DNA of 64,000 nt from Candidatus Puniceispirillales bacterium (lineage in GTDB: Bacteria > Pseudomonadota > Alphaproteobacteria > Puniceispirillales > GCA-002684695), in contig JBJLFF010000004.1 in NCBI GenBank assembly GCA_045565515.1, positions 1,359 to 65,358 on the forward strand, given 5' to 3'. Shown here one piece after another: positions 10,664-20,037 of this stretch; position 1 is the stretch's first letter, and the number at the start of each line of letters is the position of its first letter. The translations under genes and the position numbers were made by a program. The notes beneath the pieces were generated by a model. The model was given only the letters and a program-made list of their open reading frames with translations. It was not told the DNA's origin and did no database searches.

Positions 10664-11138
10664 TATTTCTAATCCAATTACCTGATTTTCCGCCAGATTT
10701 TTTTATTAACTTTATATCTTTAATAGTCATTGACCTATCTATAGATTTACACATGTCATAGATTGTCAAAGCAGAAGCAGAAACTGCTGTTAATGCCTCC
10801 ATTTCAACACCTGTGGATCCTCTGCAAGTTACGCTTGAAGATATTTCAACTCTTGAATTAACCTTATCTGGTAAAATTTCCACTGCAACTTTATCAATTA
10901 TCAATGGGTGACATAAGGGTATTATTGATGATGTTTGTTTGGAGGCCATAATACCAGCTAATCTTGCAATTTGGAAAACATCACCTTTTGAAATTTTTTT
11001 ATTAATTATTGTTTTTAAAGTTTTTTCTTCCATATAGACAAATCCAGATGCTTCAGCGTTTCTTATAGTGATTTCTTTTGAACTTACATCAACCATGTTA
11101 GGGTTTCCGTCATTATCAAAGTGAGTTAATTTCGACAT
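10656..11138 (-). CDS. moaC: Cyclic pyranopterin monophosphate synthase MoaC
   Basis: LTHFD...MVDVS, IPLCHPL and GVEMEALTA motifs. ATG at 11138 has a GGAG 6 nt upstream; the alternative ATG at 11150 would overlap trpC. Confidence 0.9.
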   Translation of the reverse strand: MSKLTHFDNDGNPNMVDVSSKEITIRNAEASGFVYMEEKTLKTIINKKISKGDVFQIARLAGIMASKQTSSIIPLCHPLIIDKVAVEILPDKVNSRVEISSSVTCRGSTGVEMEALTAVSASALTIYDMCKSIDRSMTIKDIKLIKKSGGKSGNWIRNSD

Positions 11139-11139
11139 T

Positions 11140-11931
11140 TTAGTCTCCATGAAGAATTTTTTTAACAGATTTCTTAATGTTTTCTGATTTCATAAAAGTT
11201 TCTCCAATGAGAAAACTTTTTATTCCAAAGCTTTGCATGAATTTTAAATCAAGGTGGGTTTTAAAGCCACTTTCAGAAATTACTAGTATATTATCTGGTA
11301 TTTTTTTTAATAAATTAACGGAAGTTTCTAAAGAAACAGTCATTGTTTTTAAATCTCTATTATTAATTCCAATCATTTGAGGCTCTAATATTAGAGCTCT
11401 TTCTAATTCCTCTTCATTATGAACCTCAACTAAAACATCCATTTCCAGTGATTTACCCAAATTATAAAAATCTTTTAATTCTTTGTCATTTAAGCAGGCC
11501 ACAATCAAAAGTATACAGTCAGCGCCTATAAATCTACTTTCGTAAACTTGTATTTCATCAATGAGAAAGTCTTTTCTTAATATAGGTAAATCAACTATTG
11601 ATTTTACTTTTTTTAAATATTCAATATTACCACCAAAAAAATTACCATCAGTTAGAACTGATAAACAACTGGCACCAGACTCTTTATAATCCAAAGCAAT
11701 TTTTTCAGGAAAAAAGTTTTTTCTAATGATGCCTTTTGATGGAGATGATTTCTTTATTTCTGCTATTAAACCAAATCCATTTTTTTCTGCAAATAGCAGT
11801 TTATTTATAAAACCGCTTGGTTTTTCAAGCTCATTTGAAGAAACATTAAAATCACTTACAGAATATTTTTTTTTAAGTTCGAAAATTTCTTTTTTTTTAA
11901 ATTCGACAATACTTTCTAAAATATTAGACAT
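11140..11931 (-). CDS. trpC: Indole-3-glycerol phosphate synthase
   Basis: IAEIKKSSPSKG, LSVLTD, RKDF and GINNRDL motifs typical of IGPS. Confidence 0.92.
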   Translation of the reverse strand: MSNILESIVEFKKKEIFELKKKYSVSDFNVSSNELEKPSGFINKLLFAEKNGFGLIAEIKKSSPSKGIIRKNFFPEKIALDYKESGASCLSVLTDGNFFGGNIEYLKKVKSIVDLPILRKDFLIDEIQVYESRFIGADCILLIVACLNDKELKDFYNLGKSLEMDVLVEVHNEEELERALILEPQMIGINNRDLKTMTVSLETSVNLLKKIPDNILVISESGFKTHLDLKFMQSFGIKSFLIGETFMKSENIKKSVKKILHGD

Positions 11932-12960
11932 TTAACTTTCAACATTAGTTATTTCGATGAGATCTTTTAATTTATTGAGCGCTTTACCACTTTCTAATGA
12001 GTTTTTTGATTTTAAAAGAGCTGTTTCAAATTTAATTTCATGACCGCTTCCTACTAAAGCTGAAGCAGAGTTAAGTAGAACGATGTCTTTATATGGTCCT
12101 TCTTTACCCTCTAATAAGCTTCTTAACTCAATAGCATTATGTTTAGGATCGCCTCCTTTAATTGAACCAATTTTATTTCTTTTAAAACCATAATCTTCAG
12201 GGTTTATTGAAAATTCTGTAATTTTGCCATTTTTGAGTTGAACCACATCAGTAATGTCGCTTATTGAAACCTCATCCAAGCCATCACGTCCATGGATAAT
12301 CCATGCGTTAGTTGACCCCATTTTATTTAAAGCTTCTGCGAATGGATGAAGCCATCTTTTATCAAAAACCCCAACCATTTGTCTTTTTACAAATGCAGGA
12401 TTTGATAATGGGCCAAGTAGATTAAAAATAGTTCTTATTCCTAATTCCACCCTAGCTGGACCAACATGTTTCATGGCTACATGGTGTCTGGGGGCCATTA
12501 AAAAACAGATGCCAATATTATCTAAAGCTTTTTGAACAATAGAAAATGAACAGTCTAGATTAATCCCCAATTCCGATAGTACATCAGCAGCTCCAGATTT
12601 ACTTGAAAGTGATCTGCTCCCATGCTTTGCCACCTTAATACCAGTTCCGGCTACCACAAAAGCTGCAGCACTAGAAATATTAAGGGTATGTGCTCCATCG
12701 CCTCCAGTGCCAACTGTATCAATTGTTTTATCATCAGATTTAATTTTTATTGCATTTTGCCTCAACATTTTTGCACCAGATGCAATTATGTCTGAAGTTT
12801 CTCCAGTAAGACTTAATCCCATTAAAAATGCACCTATTTGGGAGTTTGTTACAGAGCCACTCATAATTAAAGAAAATGCTGTCTCCGCATCATTAACTGT
12901 TAATGGTTGATTTTTTGATATTTTAGAAATTATTACTTTAAAGGGATCTTCTGAACTCAC
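11932..12960 (-). CDS. trpD: Anthranilate phosphoribosyltransferase
   Basis: DTVGTGGDG, KHGSRS.SSKSGAADVLE motifs; abuts trpC and overlaps the trpG stop by 1 nt. Confidence 0.93.
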   Translation of the reverse strand: MSSEDPFKVIISKISKNQPLTVNDAETAFSLIMSGSVTNSQIGAFLMGLSLTGETSDIIASGAKMLRQNAIKIKSDDKTIDTVGTGGDGAHTLNISSAAAFVVAGTGIKVAKHGSRSLSSKSGAADVLSELGINLDCSFSIVQKALDNIGICFLMAPRHHVAMKHVGPARVELGIRTIFNLLGPLSNPAFVKRQMVGVFDKRWLHPFAEALNKMGSTNAWIIHGRDGLDEVSISDITDVVQLKNGKITEFSINPEDYGFKRNKIGSIKGGDPKHNAIELRSLLEGKEGPYKDIVLLNSASALVGSGHEIKFETALLKSKNSLESGKALNKLKDLIEITNVES

Positions 12961-13592
12961 TATATATTACCTATTAATTTTTTTTCTAAAAATTGAAATT
13001 TATCTTCACTTAGTGATTTATATCCACAATCTAATAAAAAAGAAGATAATATTCTATATCCATTTAGTGATAGAACACTTTCCGGATGAAATTGAACACC
13101 GTATATTTTTAAACTTTGATGCATTAATCCCATAATAATACCATCATTTGTTTTAGCTGTAATTATTAATTCTTTAGGAAATATATTGGGATCCGTAACA
13201 AGTGAATGATATCTTGTAACAAAAAAGCTTTTATTTTTAATTGATTTAAATACTCCTTCATTATTATGATGAATTTTTGACAATTTTCCGTGTATAGGAG
13301 GGGCAAGTCTTCTTAATTTTCCTCCAAAAGCATTATTAATAGCTTGATGACCTAAACAAACGCCAAAAATTGGGAATAAGTTTTTTGTTTCTTTTATCAG
13401 TTCAACTGTTATTCCAGCATTTTCAGGTACTCCGGGGCCTGGAGAAATTACCAAACCGCTAGGATTTAGAGATATTATATCATCAATTGTTAATTCATCA
13501 TTTTTAATAATTTTAACATTTGCGCCTATTTCTTGTAAAAAATGCCATAAATTCCAAGTAAAGCTGTCGTAATTATCAAGAAGTATAATCAT
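12960..13592 (-). CDS. trpG: Anthranilate synthase component II (glutamine amidotransferase)
   Basis: Class I GATase triad context (GVCLGHQ, FHPES); first gene of trpG-D-C. A shared TrpG/PabA role cannot be excluded. Confidence 0.88.
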   Translation of the reverse strand: MIILLDNYDSFTWNLWHFLQEIGANVKIIKNDELTIDDIISLNPSGLVISPGPGVPENAGITVELIKETKNLFPIFGVCLGHQAINNAFGGKLRRLAPPIHGKLSKIHHNNEGVFKSIKNKSFFVTRYHSLVTDPNIFPKELIITAKTNDGIIMGLMHQSLKIYGVQFHPESVLSLNGYRILSSFLLDCGYKSLSEDKFQFLEKKLIGNI

Positions 13593-13614
13593 ATTTGCAC
13601 AACAAAATTTAGTA

Positions 13615-13630
13615 TGGTATTATAATACCA
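13615..13630. promoter_or_regulatory. Perfect 16-nt palindrome in the trpG leader/promoter region
   Basis: TGGTATTATAATACCA is its own reverse complement and starts 23 nt upstream of the trpG ATG (13592). Candidate operator or leader hairpin. Confidence 0.25.
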
Positions 13631-13681
13631 CATAATTAACATATTGAATTAATTGAACAATATTAAATTTTAATTTTTAAT

Positions 13682-13709
13682 TTGACAATATATAATTTAA
13701 GTATATAGA
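13682..13709 (+). promoter_or_regulatory. Candidate sigma70-type promoter of rplM-rpsI
   Basis: TTGACA (13682-13687), 16-nt spacer, TATAGA (13704-13709), about 30 nt upstream of the rplM start. Confidence 0.35.
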
Positions 13710-13740
13710 AATCAATGTTCAATACAAATGAGAATTTAAC

Positions 13741-14211
13741 ATGGCATTACAACAATATACTTATTCAGCAAAACCACAAGAGATCCAGCACGATTGGATT
13801 ATAATAGATGCAGAGGATTTAGTCTTAGGAAGGTTATCAGCTATTGTAGCAACTAGATTAAGAGGCAAGCATAAAGTCAATTATACACCTCATGTTGACT
13901 GCGGTGATAATATAATTATTATAAATGCTGAAAAAATAAAATTAACTGGAAATAAAAGAGAAAAGAAAATCTATTATTGGCATACTGGTTATCCTGGTGG
14001 TATTAAATCCAGAACAGCTGAAAAAATATTAGATGGTAATCATCCTGAGCGGGTCATAGAAAAAGCTGTAACTAGAATGATACCAAAAGGACCACTTGGA
14101 AGAAAAGTTTTAAAGAAACTTCATATATACAGTGGTACAACGCACCCACATGAAGCACAAAAGCCTGTTACACTTGACGTTGCAAAATTAAATGAAAAGA
14201 ATAAGAGATAG
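13741..14211 (+). CDS. rplM: 50S ribosomal protein L13
   Basis: Canonical L13 sequence ([36 protein letters not shown]). Confidence 0.95.
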   Translation: MALQQYTYSAKPQEIQHDWIIIDAEDLVLGRLSAIVATRLRGKHKVNYTPHVDCGDNIIIINAEKIKLTGNKREKKIYYWHTGYPGGIKSRTAEKILDGNHPERVIEKAVTRMIPKGPLGRKVLKKLHIYSGTTHPHEAQKPVTLDVAKLNEKNKR

Positions 14212-14214
14212 ATT

Positions 14215-14739
14215 ATGTCAGAGACAAATGAAAATAAAACACCAGAAAGCACTGAAAGCAAAGGTTTAGACTCACTCAAAAGTCTTCAAGTTGAACAAGA
14301 TGTTGAAGATGTTGTTGCTGAGCCTGAAGTAAAAGAGCCTAAAATTGATGATTTAGGAAGATCTTATTCAACTGGTAGAAGAAAAGAGTCTATTGCCAGG
14401 GTTTGGTTAAAAAGAGGTAAGGGTATCATTCAAGTTAATGGCGGCGAACCTTCAAAGCATTTTGGAAGAGCTGTTTTATTAATGATTATTGAGTCTCCCT
14501 TTGAAGTTGCAGATAGAAAAGGTGAATTTGATGTGATTGCCACGGTTAAAGGTGGAGGCCTTTCAGGTCAGGCAGGTGCATTAAGACATGGCATTAGTCA
14601 TGCTCTTGTTAATTTTGAACCTGCTCTCAGAGCACCGCTTAAATCAAAAGGTTTTCTGACAAGAGACTCAAGAGTTGTAGAACGTAAGAAATATGGTAGA
14701 AGAAAAGCAAGAAGAAGCTATCAATTTTCTAAGCGGTAA
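14215..14739 (+). CDS. rpsI: 30S ribosomal protein S9 (with acidic N-terminal extension)
   Basis: C-terminal S9 core ([12 protein letters not shown]..., [19 protein letters not shown], ...[18 protein letters not shown]) preceded by about 45 acidic/polar residues. Confidence 0.95.
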   Translation: MSETNENKTPESTESKGLDSLKSLQVEQDVEDVVAEPEVKEPKIDDLGRSYSTGRRKESIARVWLKRGKGIIQVNGGEPSKHFGRAVLLMIIESPFEVADRKGEFDVIATVKGGGLSGQAGALRHGISHALVNFEPALRAPLKSKGFLTRDSRVVERKKYGRRKARRSYQFSKR

Positions 14740-14762
14740 TTAGAAATAAAATTTCTTCAAAC

Positions 14763-14792
14763 AACCCAACATTTTCTGTTGGGTTTTTTTTT
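14763..14792 (+). terminator. Rho-independent terminator after rpsI
   Basis: 9-bp stem AACCCAACA / TGTTGGGTT, loop TTTTC, followed by a T run extending to 14792. Confidence 0.75.
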
Positions 14793-14805
14793 ACAAGGAC
14801 TTTGG

Positions 14806-15675
14806 ATGTCTAACACTATTAAAGCTGCATACTGGATGATTGGTGCTATGTTTTCTTTCAGTTTGATGGCTGTATCAGGAAGAGAGCTGGGCGGATATTT
14901 AGATACCTTTGAAATAATGATGTATAGATCATTAATTGGTGTTTTAATCGTATTTATTTTTTTATTCTATAATAAGAGCTTTTTTGAAATAAGTTTTAAA
15001 AAGATAAAACTTCACTTTATTAGAAACATTTTTCATTTTGCAGGTCAAAACTTATGGTTTTTTGCAGTAATTTACATACCGTTATCCCAATTATTTGCAT
15101 TTGAATTTTCAGTTCCAATTTGGGTAGCAGTATTGGCACCAATTTTTTTAAAAGAAAAACTAACTTTTGTAAGATTTTTTGCAATTTTAGTTGGTTTTGT
15201 AGGTATCCTAATTGTTGCCAGACCAAATTTTTCATCTCTTGATCCTGCTATAATTTCAGCAGCATTATGCGCTATAGGTTTCGCGGTTACTTCTATAACC
15301 ACTAAAAAATTAACCTCAACTGAGTCAATTACATGCATTTTATTCTGGTTAACAATAATGCAATTCATTTTTGGATTTATTTGTTCTGGTATAGACGGTG
15401 ATATTGATTTTCCTATTGGCTTTGAATTCATATGGATAATTACTATAGGTATTTGTGGTTTAGTAGCTCATTTTTGTATAACTAAAGCCCTTTCACTTGC
15501 ACCAGCTTTAGTTGTTTCACCTTTGGAGTTCCTTAGATTGCCTTTTATATCCCTTATTGGATTTTTTATTTATAATGAAAATCTTGAGTTTATTGTTTTT
15601 TTTGGATCTATTTTCATTCTTGCAGCTAATATCATTAATATAAGAAATGAATCAAAAACATTAGAAACACACTAG
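14806..15675 (+). CDS. DMT-superfamily (EamA-like) transporter
   Basis: About 10 hydrophobic helices in two repeated halves, typical EamA architecture. ATG at 14806 preferred because the track start (14779, TTG) lies inside the rpsI terminator. Confidence 0.8.
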   Translation: MSNTIKAAYWMIGAMFSFSLMAVSGRELGGYLDTFEIMMYRSLIGVLIVFIFLFYNKSFFEISFKKIKLHFIRNIFHFAGQNLWFFAVIYIPLSQLFAFEFSVPIWVAVLAPIFLKEKLTFVRFFAILVGFVGILIVARPNFSSLDPAIISAALCAIGFAVTSITTKKLTSTESITCILFWLTIMQFIFGFICSGIDGDIDFPIGFEFIWIITIGICGLVAHFCITKALSLAPALVVSPLEFLRLPFISLIGFFIYNENLEFIVFFGSIFILAANIINIRNESKTLETH

Positions 15676-15697
15676 TACCAAAAATATTTAAAGTTAG

Positions 15698-16880
15698 GAG
15701 TTTCAAATCTCAATATACTTTTTAATAACTATTGCATGTGTTACAATTCTGGCCCCTTTTTCTATTGATGCATATATTCCAGCAGTTGTTAACGTTGCTA
15801 ATGGATTAAACTCCTCAGAAAATTTGGTTCAAGTATCAATAGCAGTTTTTTTTACTTGGTTTTGCCTTAGGGCCGCTTATTTTTGGGCCACTATCTGATG
15901 CTTTTGGAAGAAGAAAACTAATCTATAGCTCTCTTTTATTGTTTAGTGTATTTAGCATATTATGCTCTATATCATCTAATATCTATCTACTGATTATTTT
16001 TAGATTTTTTCAAGCAGTTTTTGGAAGTGTTAGTACAGTGTGCGGTAGGGCGGCTATTGCTGATCTTTTATCTGGAAACGAATTAGCAAAGAAATATTCT
16101 TTACTTGGTCTTCTCCTTACTGTTGCCCCAATTCTAGCTCCAATTATAGGAGGGTGGATTAACGAAATACTAGGTTGGCGTTATATCTTTGTTTTTATGA
16201 GTATATTTGGAATAATTTTAGTTGTAATAAGTTATTTTTATGTGCATGAAACTTTGCCTAATGAAAAAAGAACAAAGTTTAATATAGAAAATATTTTATT
16301 CAATTATGTTTTAATTATTAAAAATAAAACGGCTTTATTTTATATTTTATTTCTATCGTCAAGCTCTGCAGTTTTTTTTGCTTTTTTAGCTGCATCTCCA
16401 TTTCTGTATATTCAAAAATTTAATTTAACACCAATCGAATATAGCTATATTTTTGGAGCTGGTGCGTTAATTGCTTCTTTAAGCAATATTATTAATATTA
16501 AGTTAACACCATTACTTGGTTACAGGGGGGTTGTTTGGTGGGTATGCTACCTAATATTAGCAAATGCAATTATTCTATTTTTAGGGGGGATTGGTTTTTT
16601 TGATAGGTGGTCAATATACTTGTCAGGGTTATTATTTATGGGGTTGTTCCATATAGCTAATGCTACTTCTCTTACAGGTTTAATGGACCAATTTGAAAAG
16701 GGAAAGGGTGCAGCAAACGCTTTAGCAATATCTATAAGATTTGGGTTTGGAATGCTTGGAGCTGGTTTGGTAAGCGTTATGAGTAATGAAACTATTTATC
16801 CATATATATTTACAGTTTTAATATTTTCTTCTCTAGCCGCAATTTGCGGGCTAATGGCAATAAAAGAAATTAATAAATAA
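15698..16880 (+). pseudogene. MFS transporter of the Bcr/CflA type, reading frame disrupted and start unclear
   Basis: 15698-15853 (one frame) encodes ...ILAPFSIDAYIPAVVNVANGL..VQVSIAVF. Removing one T from the T8 run at 15846-15853 continues it as LLGFALGPLIFGPLSDAFGRRK... into ORF 15939-16880. No in-frame ATG/GTG/TTG follows the upstream stop. An ATG at 15647 would need two further compensating shifts (A5 at 15654-15658 and a T run near 15719-15723). Confidence 0.7.
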
Positions 16881-16881
16881 T

Positions 16882-17853
16882 TTATTTAGAATTTATTTTT
16901 TTGAAGCTAGGTGATTCATGTCCTAAATGACCTTCACCTCTGCTTTTGCTCAATGTAATTTGTTTTTGTCTTTGTGAGAACCTAATCTTTTGTTCATTTG
17001 TTAATTTATCGTAACAATATAAACAAGAAACCCCCTCAATATAGTTTTTATCTTGATAGTCTTTTTTAGATAAAGGCATTTTGCAAGCATAGCATTGTTT
17101 ATAATCACCTTTCTCTAAGTCTTGTTTAACCGAAACTCTTTGATCAAAAACAAAGCAATCTCCCTCCCAATGACTTTCTGTTTTTGAAACAGTTTCTAAA
17201 TATTTTAGTATGCCACCCTTTAAATGGTAAACTTCATCAAAGCCTTTTTCTTTCATATAAGAGGTTGCTTTTTCACATCTTATTCCACCTGTGCAGTACA
17301 TAGCAATTTTCTTATTTCTATTAATTTTATTTTTTGCAAAATTATCTGCCCATTTTGGAAAATCTCTAAAGGTTTTGGTTTCAGGTATAATTGAGTTTGT
17401 AAATTTTCCAATACTAGTTTCATAAAAGTTTCTTGTATCAATAACAATAACATCATCTTTTGAAATTAAATCATTCCATTCTTTGGGTTCAATGTATTTA
17501 CCCTTATTGTTATTAGGATCTATAAACGGTATACCCATAGTCACTATTTCCTTTTTGACTTTGACTTTCATCCTATAAAATCCATTTTTAGATGAATTAG
17601 AGTATTTGACTTCAAGATCTTTTATTTCATTCCAATTTTTGATAAATTTTATTACATTCTCTATATTATCAGGTTGACCCGACACGGTTCCATTTATACC
17701 TTCATTTGCTATAAGAAATGTTCCAAGCACTTTATTATCTTGGCAAAATCGTAATAATGATTTTTTTCTTTTCTCAGGATCAACAATAGTATTAAATCCA
17801 TACAATGCAGCATATTGAAAAAAGCTACTATTTCTATTATTTTGAAATTTCAT
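16882..17853 (-). CDS. trhO: Rhodanese-domain protein of the UPF0176/YceA family (tRNA U34 hydroxylase TrhO-like)
   Basis: Family-typical N-terminus plus rhodanese active-site loop YCTGGIRCEKA and a C-terminal Cys-rich tail (CYACKMPL..., CLYCYD). Confidence 0.85.
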   Translation of the reverse strand: MKFQNNRNSSFFQYAALYGFNTIVDPEKRKKSLLRFCQDNKVLGTFLIANEGINGTVSGQPDNIENVIKFIKNWNEIKDLEVKYSNSSKNGFYRMKVKVKKEIVTMGIPFIDPNNNKGKYIEPKEWNDLISKDDVIVIDTRNFYETSIGKFTNSIIPETKTFRDFPKWADNFAKNKINRNKKIAMYCTGGIRCEKATSYMKEKGFDEVYHLKGGILKYLETVSKTESHWEGDCFVFDQRVSVKQDLEKGDYKQCYACKMPLSKKDYQDKNYIEGVSCLYCYDKLTNEQKIRFSQRQKQITLSKSRGEGHLGHESPSFKKINSK

Positions 17854-17919
17854 AATTTAAAATAAGTTGAATTTAATATATCTAATTTAAATAATAATTT
17901 TAATAAAATCTATAAAGAT

Positions 17920-18714
17920 ATGACAGAAGCAAATATAGAAAATTATATAAATATAAAAGATTATCCAATAAATAATTTAAATTGGAAAAAAAATATCCGT
18001 GATCAATACATAAAAAATGGCATTTTGTCATTTGAAAACTTCATTCCTAAAGATAGCATTCAAGAGCTTCAAAATGAAAGTAAGTCTAAGTTAAAGTATG
18101 CATATTTTAATCCACAGAAGCATAACGTTTATCTTAAGCCACAGGATCAATCTTTACCCTTAGATCATCCTAGAAATATTTATGTTTCTTCATCAAAAGG
18201 TTGTATTACAGATGATTTAATTAGTAAAGATTCTTTGTTAAGAAAACTATATAACTCATTGTCTTTTATGAGTTTTATTTCATTTATAACAGGTAATAAT
18301 AAGCTGTATCCTTATAAAGATAAATTATCTTCTATTAATATTCATTTTGCTAGGTCAGGAGAAGAGTTGGGTTGGCATTTTGATAATTCCTCTTTTGCAA
18401 TAACCCTTATGATAAATGATGTTTCAGTTGGTGGAGAATTTGAATACACTCAACCTATTAGAGGTAAAACAGTAGAAAAAGAAAAAGAATTTAAAAATGT
18501 TTCTATGGTTTTAAATAATAAATATAAAACGACTAAGGTTGCAATGAAACCAGGTGGTTTATTATTATTTAATGGAAAAAACTCAATGCATAGAGTTACA
18601 AAAGTTAAAAGCAATGAAACTAGAATTTTAGCTGTTCTTGCTTATAATGATAAACCGGGAGTATCTTTATCAACTTCTGCTCAAATGACATTTTATGGGA
18701 AATCTGAAAATTAA
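17920..18714 (+). CDS. 2-oxoglutarate/Fe(II)-dependent oxygenase superfamily protein, substrate unknown
   Basis: HxD...H facial triad context: GWHFDNSSFAITLMINDVSVGGEFEY ... LLLFNGKNSMHRVTKV..ETR, a prolyl-hydroxylase-like jelly-roll pattern. Confidence 0.65.
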   Translation: MTEANIENYINIKDYPINNLNWKKNIRDQYIKNGILSFENFIPKDSIQELQNESKSKLKYAYFNPQKHNVYLKPQDQSLPLDHPRNIYVSSSKGCITDDLISKDSLLRKLYNSLSFMSFISFITGNNKLYPYKDKLSSINIHFARSGEELGWHFDNSSFAITLMINDVSVGGEFEYTQPIRGKTVEKEKEFKNVSMVLNNKYKTTKVAMKPGGLLLFNGKNSMHRVTKVKSNETRILAVLAYNDKPGVSLSTSAQMTFYGKSEN

Positions 18715-18727
18715 TTAAAGAGATTAT

Positions 18728-20014
18728 ATGAAAGAATATTCTTACTGGCTTGATACAATAAACAAAGATTTTTTAAAAGAAAATGACTTACCAAAAAAAA
18801 CAGATGTTTTAATAGTAGGTTTCGGATACACAGGCTTGAATGCAGCTATTGAAATTGCAAAAAATGGTAGAAACGTTTGTATTATTGATAAAAATGACTT
18901 TGGTTGCGGCTGCTCGTCTAAAAATGGTGGACAAATAAGTAATTTATTGAAGCCTTCACTTAAAAAGTTAACAAAAAAATATGGGTTTCAAAAGGCTAAA
19001 TTAATTAGGGGTGAAGGTGTTAATTCTGTTGAATGGTTAATAGATTTTATAAAAAATGAAAATTTTGACTGTGACTTGAAAAGAGAAGGGCGGTTCCATG
19101 GTGCTCATACACCATTTGAATTTAAAAAAATGGTTTCTGAAAGTAATGATCTTAAGGAAAATGAGGGAATTGAAACACAAATAATTGATAAATCTGATCA
19201 AAAAAATGAAATTAATTCTAATTTATATCACGGTGGGGTTGTTTTTCCTCAGCATGCTTCCCTCAATGCTGCTAAATATCACAAGGACCTAATCGAAAAA
19301 GCTATTGGGCTAGGCGTTTCTGTAATATCTAATTGTGAGATGGTTGATTTTAAAAAGAAATTGGATGAATTTTCAGTTTTAACTAATAAAGGTCCTTTAA
19401 AAGCAAATAACTTAGTTGTAGCTACTAATGGATACACATCAAATGTTACCCCATGGCTTAATAAAAGGAATATACCTATTGGAAGTTATGTAATAGCTAC
19501 AGAAGAATTACCAATAAATTATATCTCTAGTTTATTTCCAACCAATAGACATATTACAGATACATGCAGGGTTGTTTATTACTTCAGACCAAGTCCAGAT
19601 AGAAAAAGAATTATTTTTGGTGGACGTGTCTCATCAAGAGAAATTAGTCTTTCAAAGAGTGCTCCTCTTTTATTGAAGGATTTAAAAAGAGTGTTCCCTG
19701 ATTTACCTGAATTGAAAATCTCACATTCATGGATGGGTTATGTGTCTTATACTTTCGACCACTTACCGCACACAGGTTCTGAAGATGGTCTGTATTATTC
19801 AATGGGATATTGCGGATCAGGAATTGCACTTTCAAGTTATCTTGGCATGAAATTAGGTAAAAAAGTGATTGGCGATAATGACGGTACAACAGCTTTTGAT
19901 AGTTTAAAATTTCCTACTCGGCCATTTTATAATGGGAGACCTTGGTTTCTGCCTGCAGTTGTAGAATTATATAAATTTAGAGATAGTAGGGAAATGATAA
20001 AATACATGAATTAA
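18728..20014 (+). CDS. FAD-dependent oxidoreductase, PuuB/OrdL (gamma-glutamylputrescine oxidase)-like DAO family
   Basis: N-terminal SYWLDT motif, dinucleotide fold DVLIVGFGYTGLNAAIEIAKNG, SSKNGGQ; 428 aa; 13 nt downstream of the oxygenase gene. Confidence 0.8.
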   Translation: MKEYSYWLDTINKDFLKENDLPKKTDVLIVGFGYTGLNAAIEIAKNGRNVCIIDKNDFGCGCSSKNGGQISNLLKPSLKKLTKKYGFQKAKLIRGEGVNSVEWLIDFIKNENFDCDLKREGRFHGAHTPFEFKKMVSESNDLKENEGIETQIIDKSDQKNEINSNLYHGGVVFPQHASLNAAKYHKDLIEKAIGLGVSVISNCEMVDFKKKLDEFSVLTNKGPLKANNLVVATNGYTSNVTPWLNKRNIPIGSYVIATEELPINYISSLFPTNRHITDTCRVVYYFRPSPDRKRIIFGGRVSSREISLSKSAPLLLKDLKRVFPDLPELKISHSWMGYVSYTFDHLPHTGSEDGLYYSMGYCGSGIALSSYLGMKLGKKVIGDNDGTTAFDSLKFPTRPFYNGRPWFLPAVVELYKFRDSREMIKYMN

Positions 20015-20037
20015 ATCTTATAAACATATGTTTTTAT

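Noticed and set aside
9431-13592. trpG-trpD-trpC-moaC-moeA as an unusual mixed operon
   Set aside because: The tight or overlapping junctions are real. As far as I recall, this trp-moa linkage next to lexA and gltA is a conserved alphaproteobacterial arrangement, so it is not novel.
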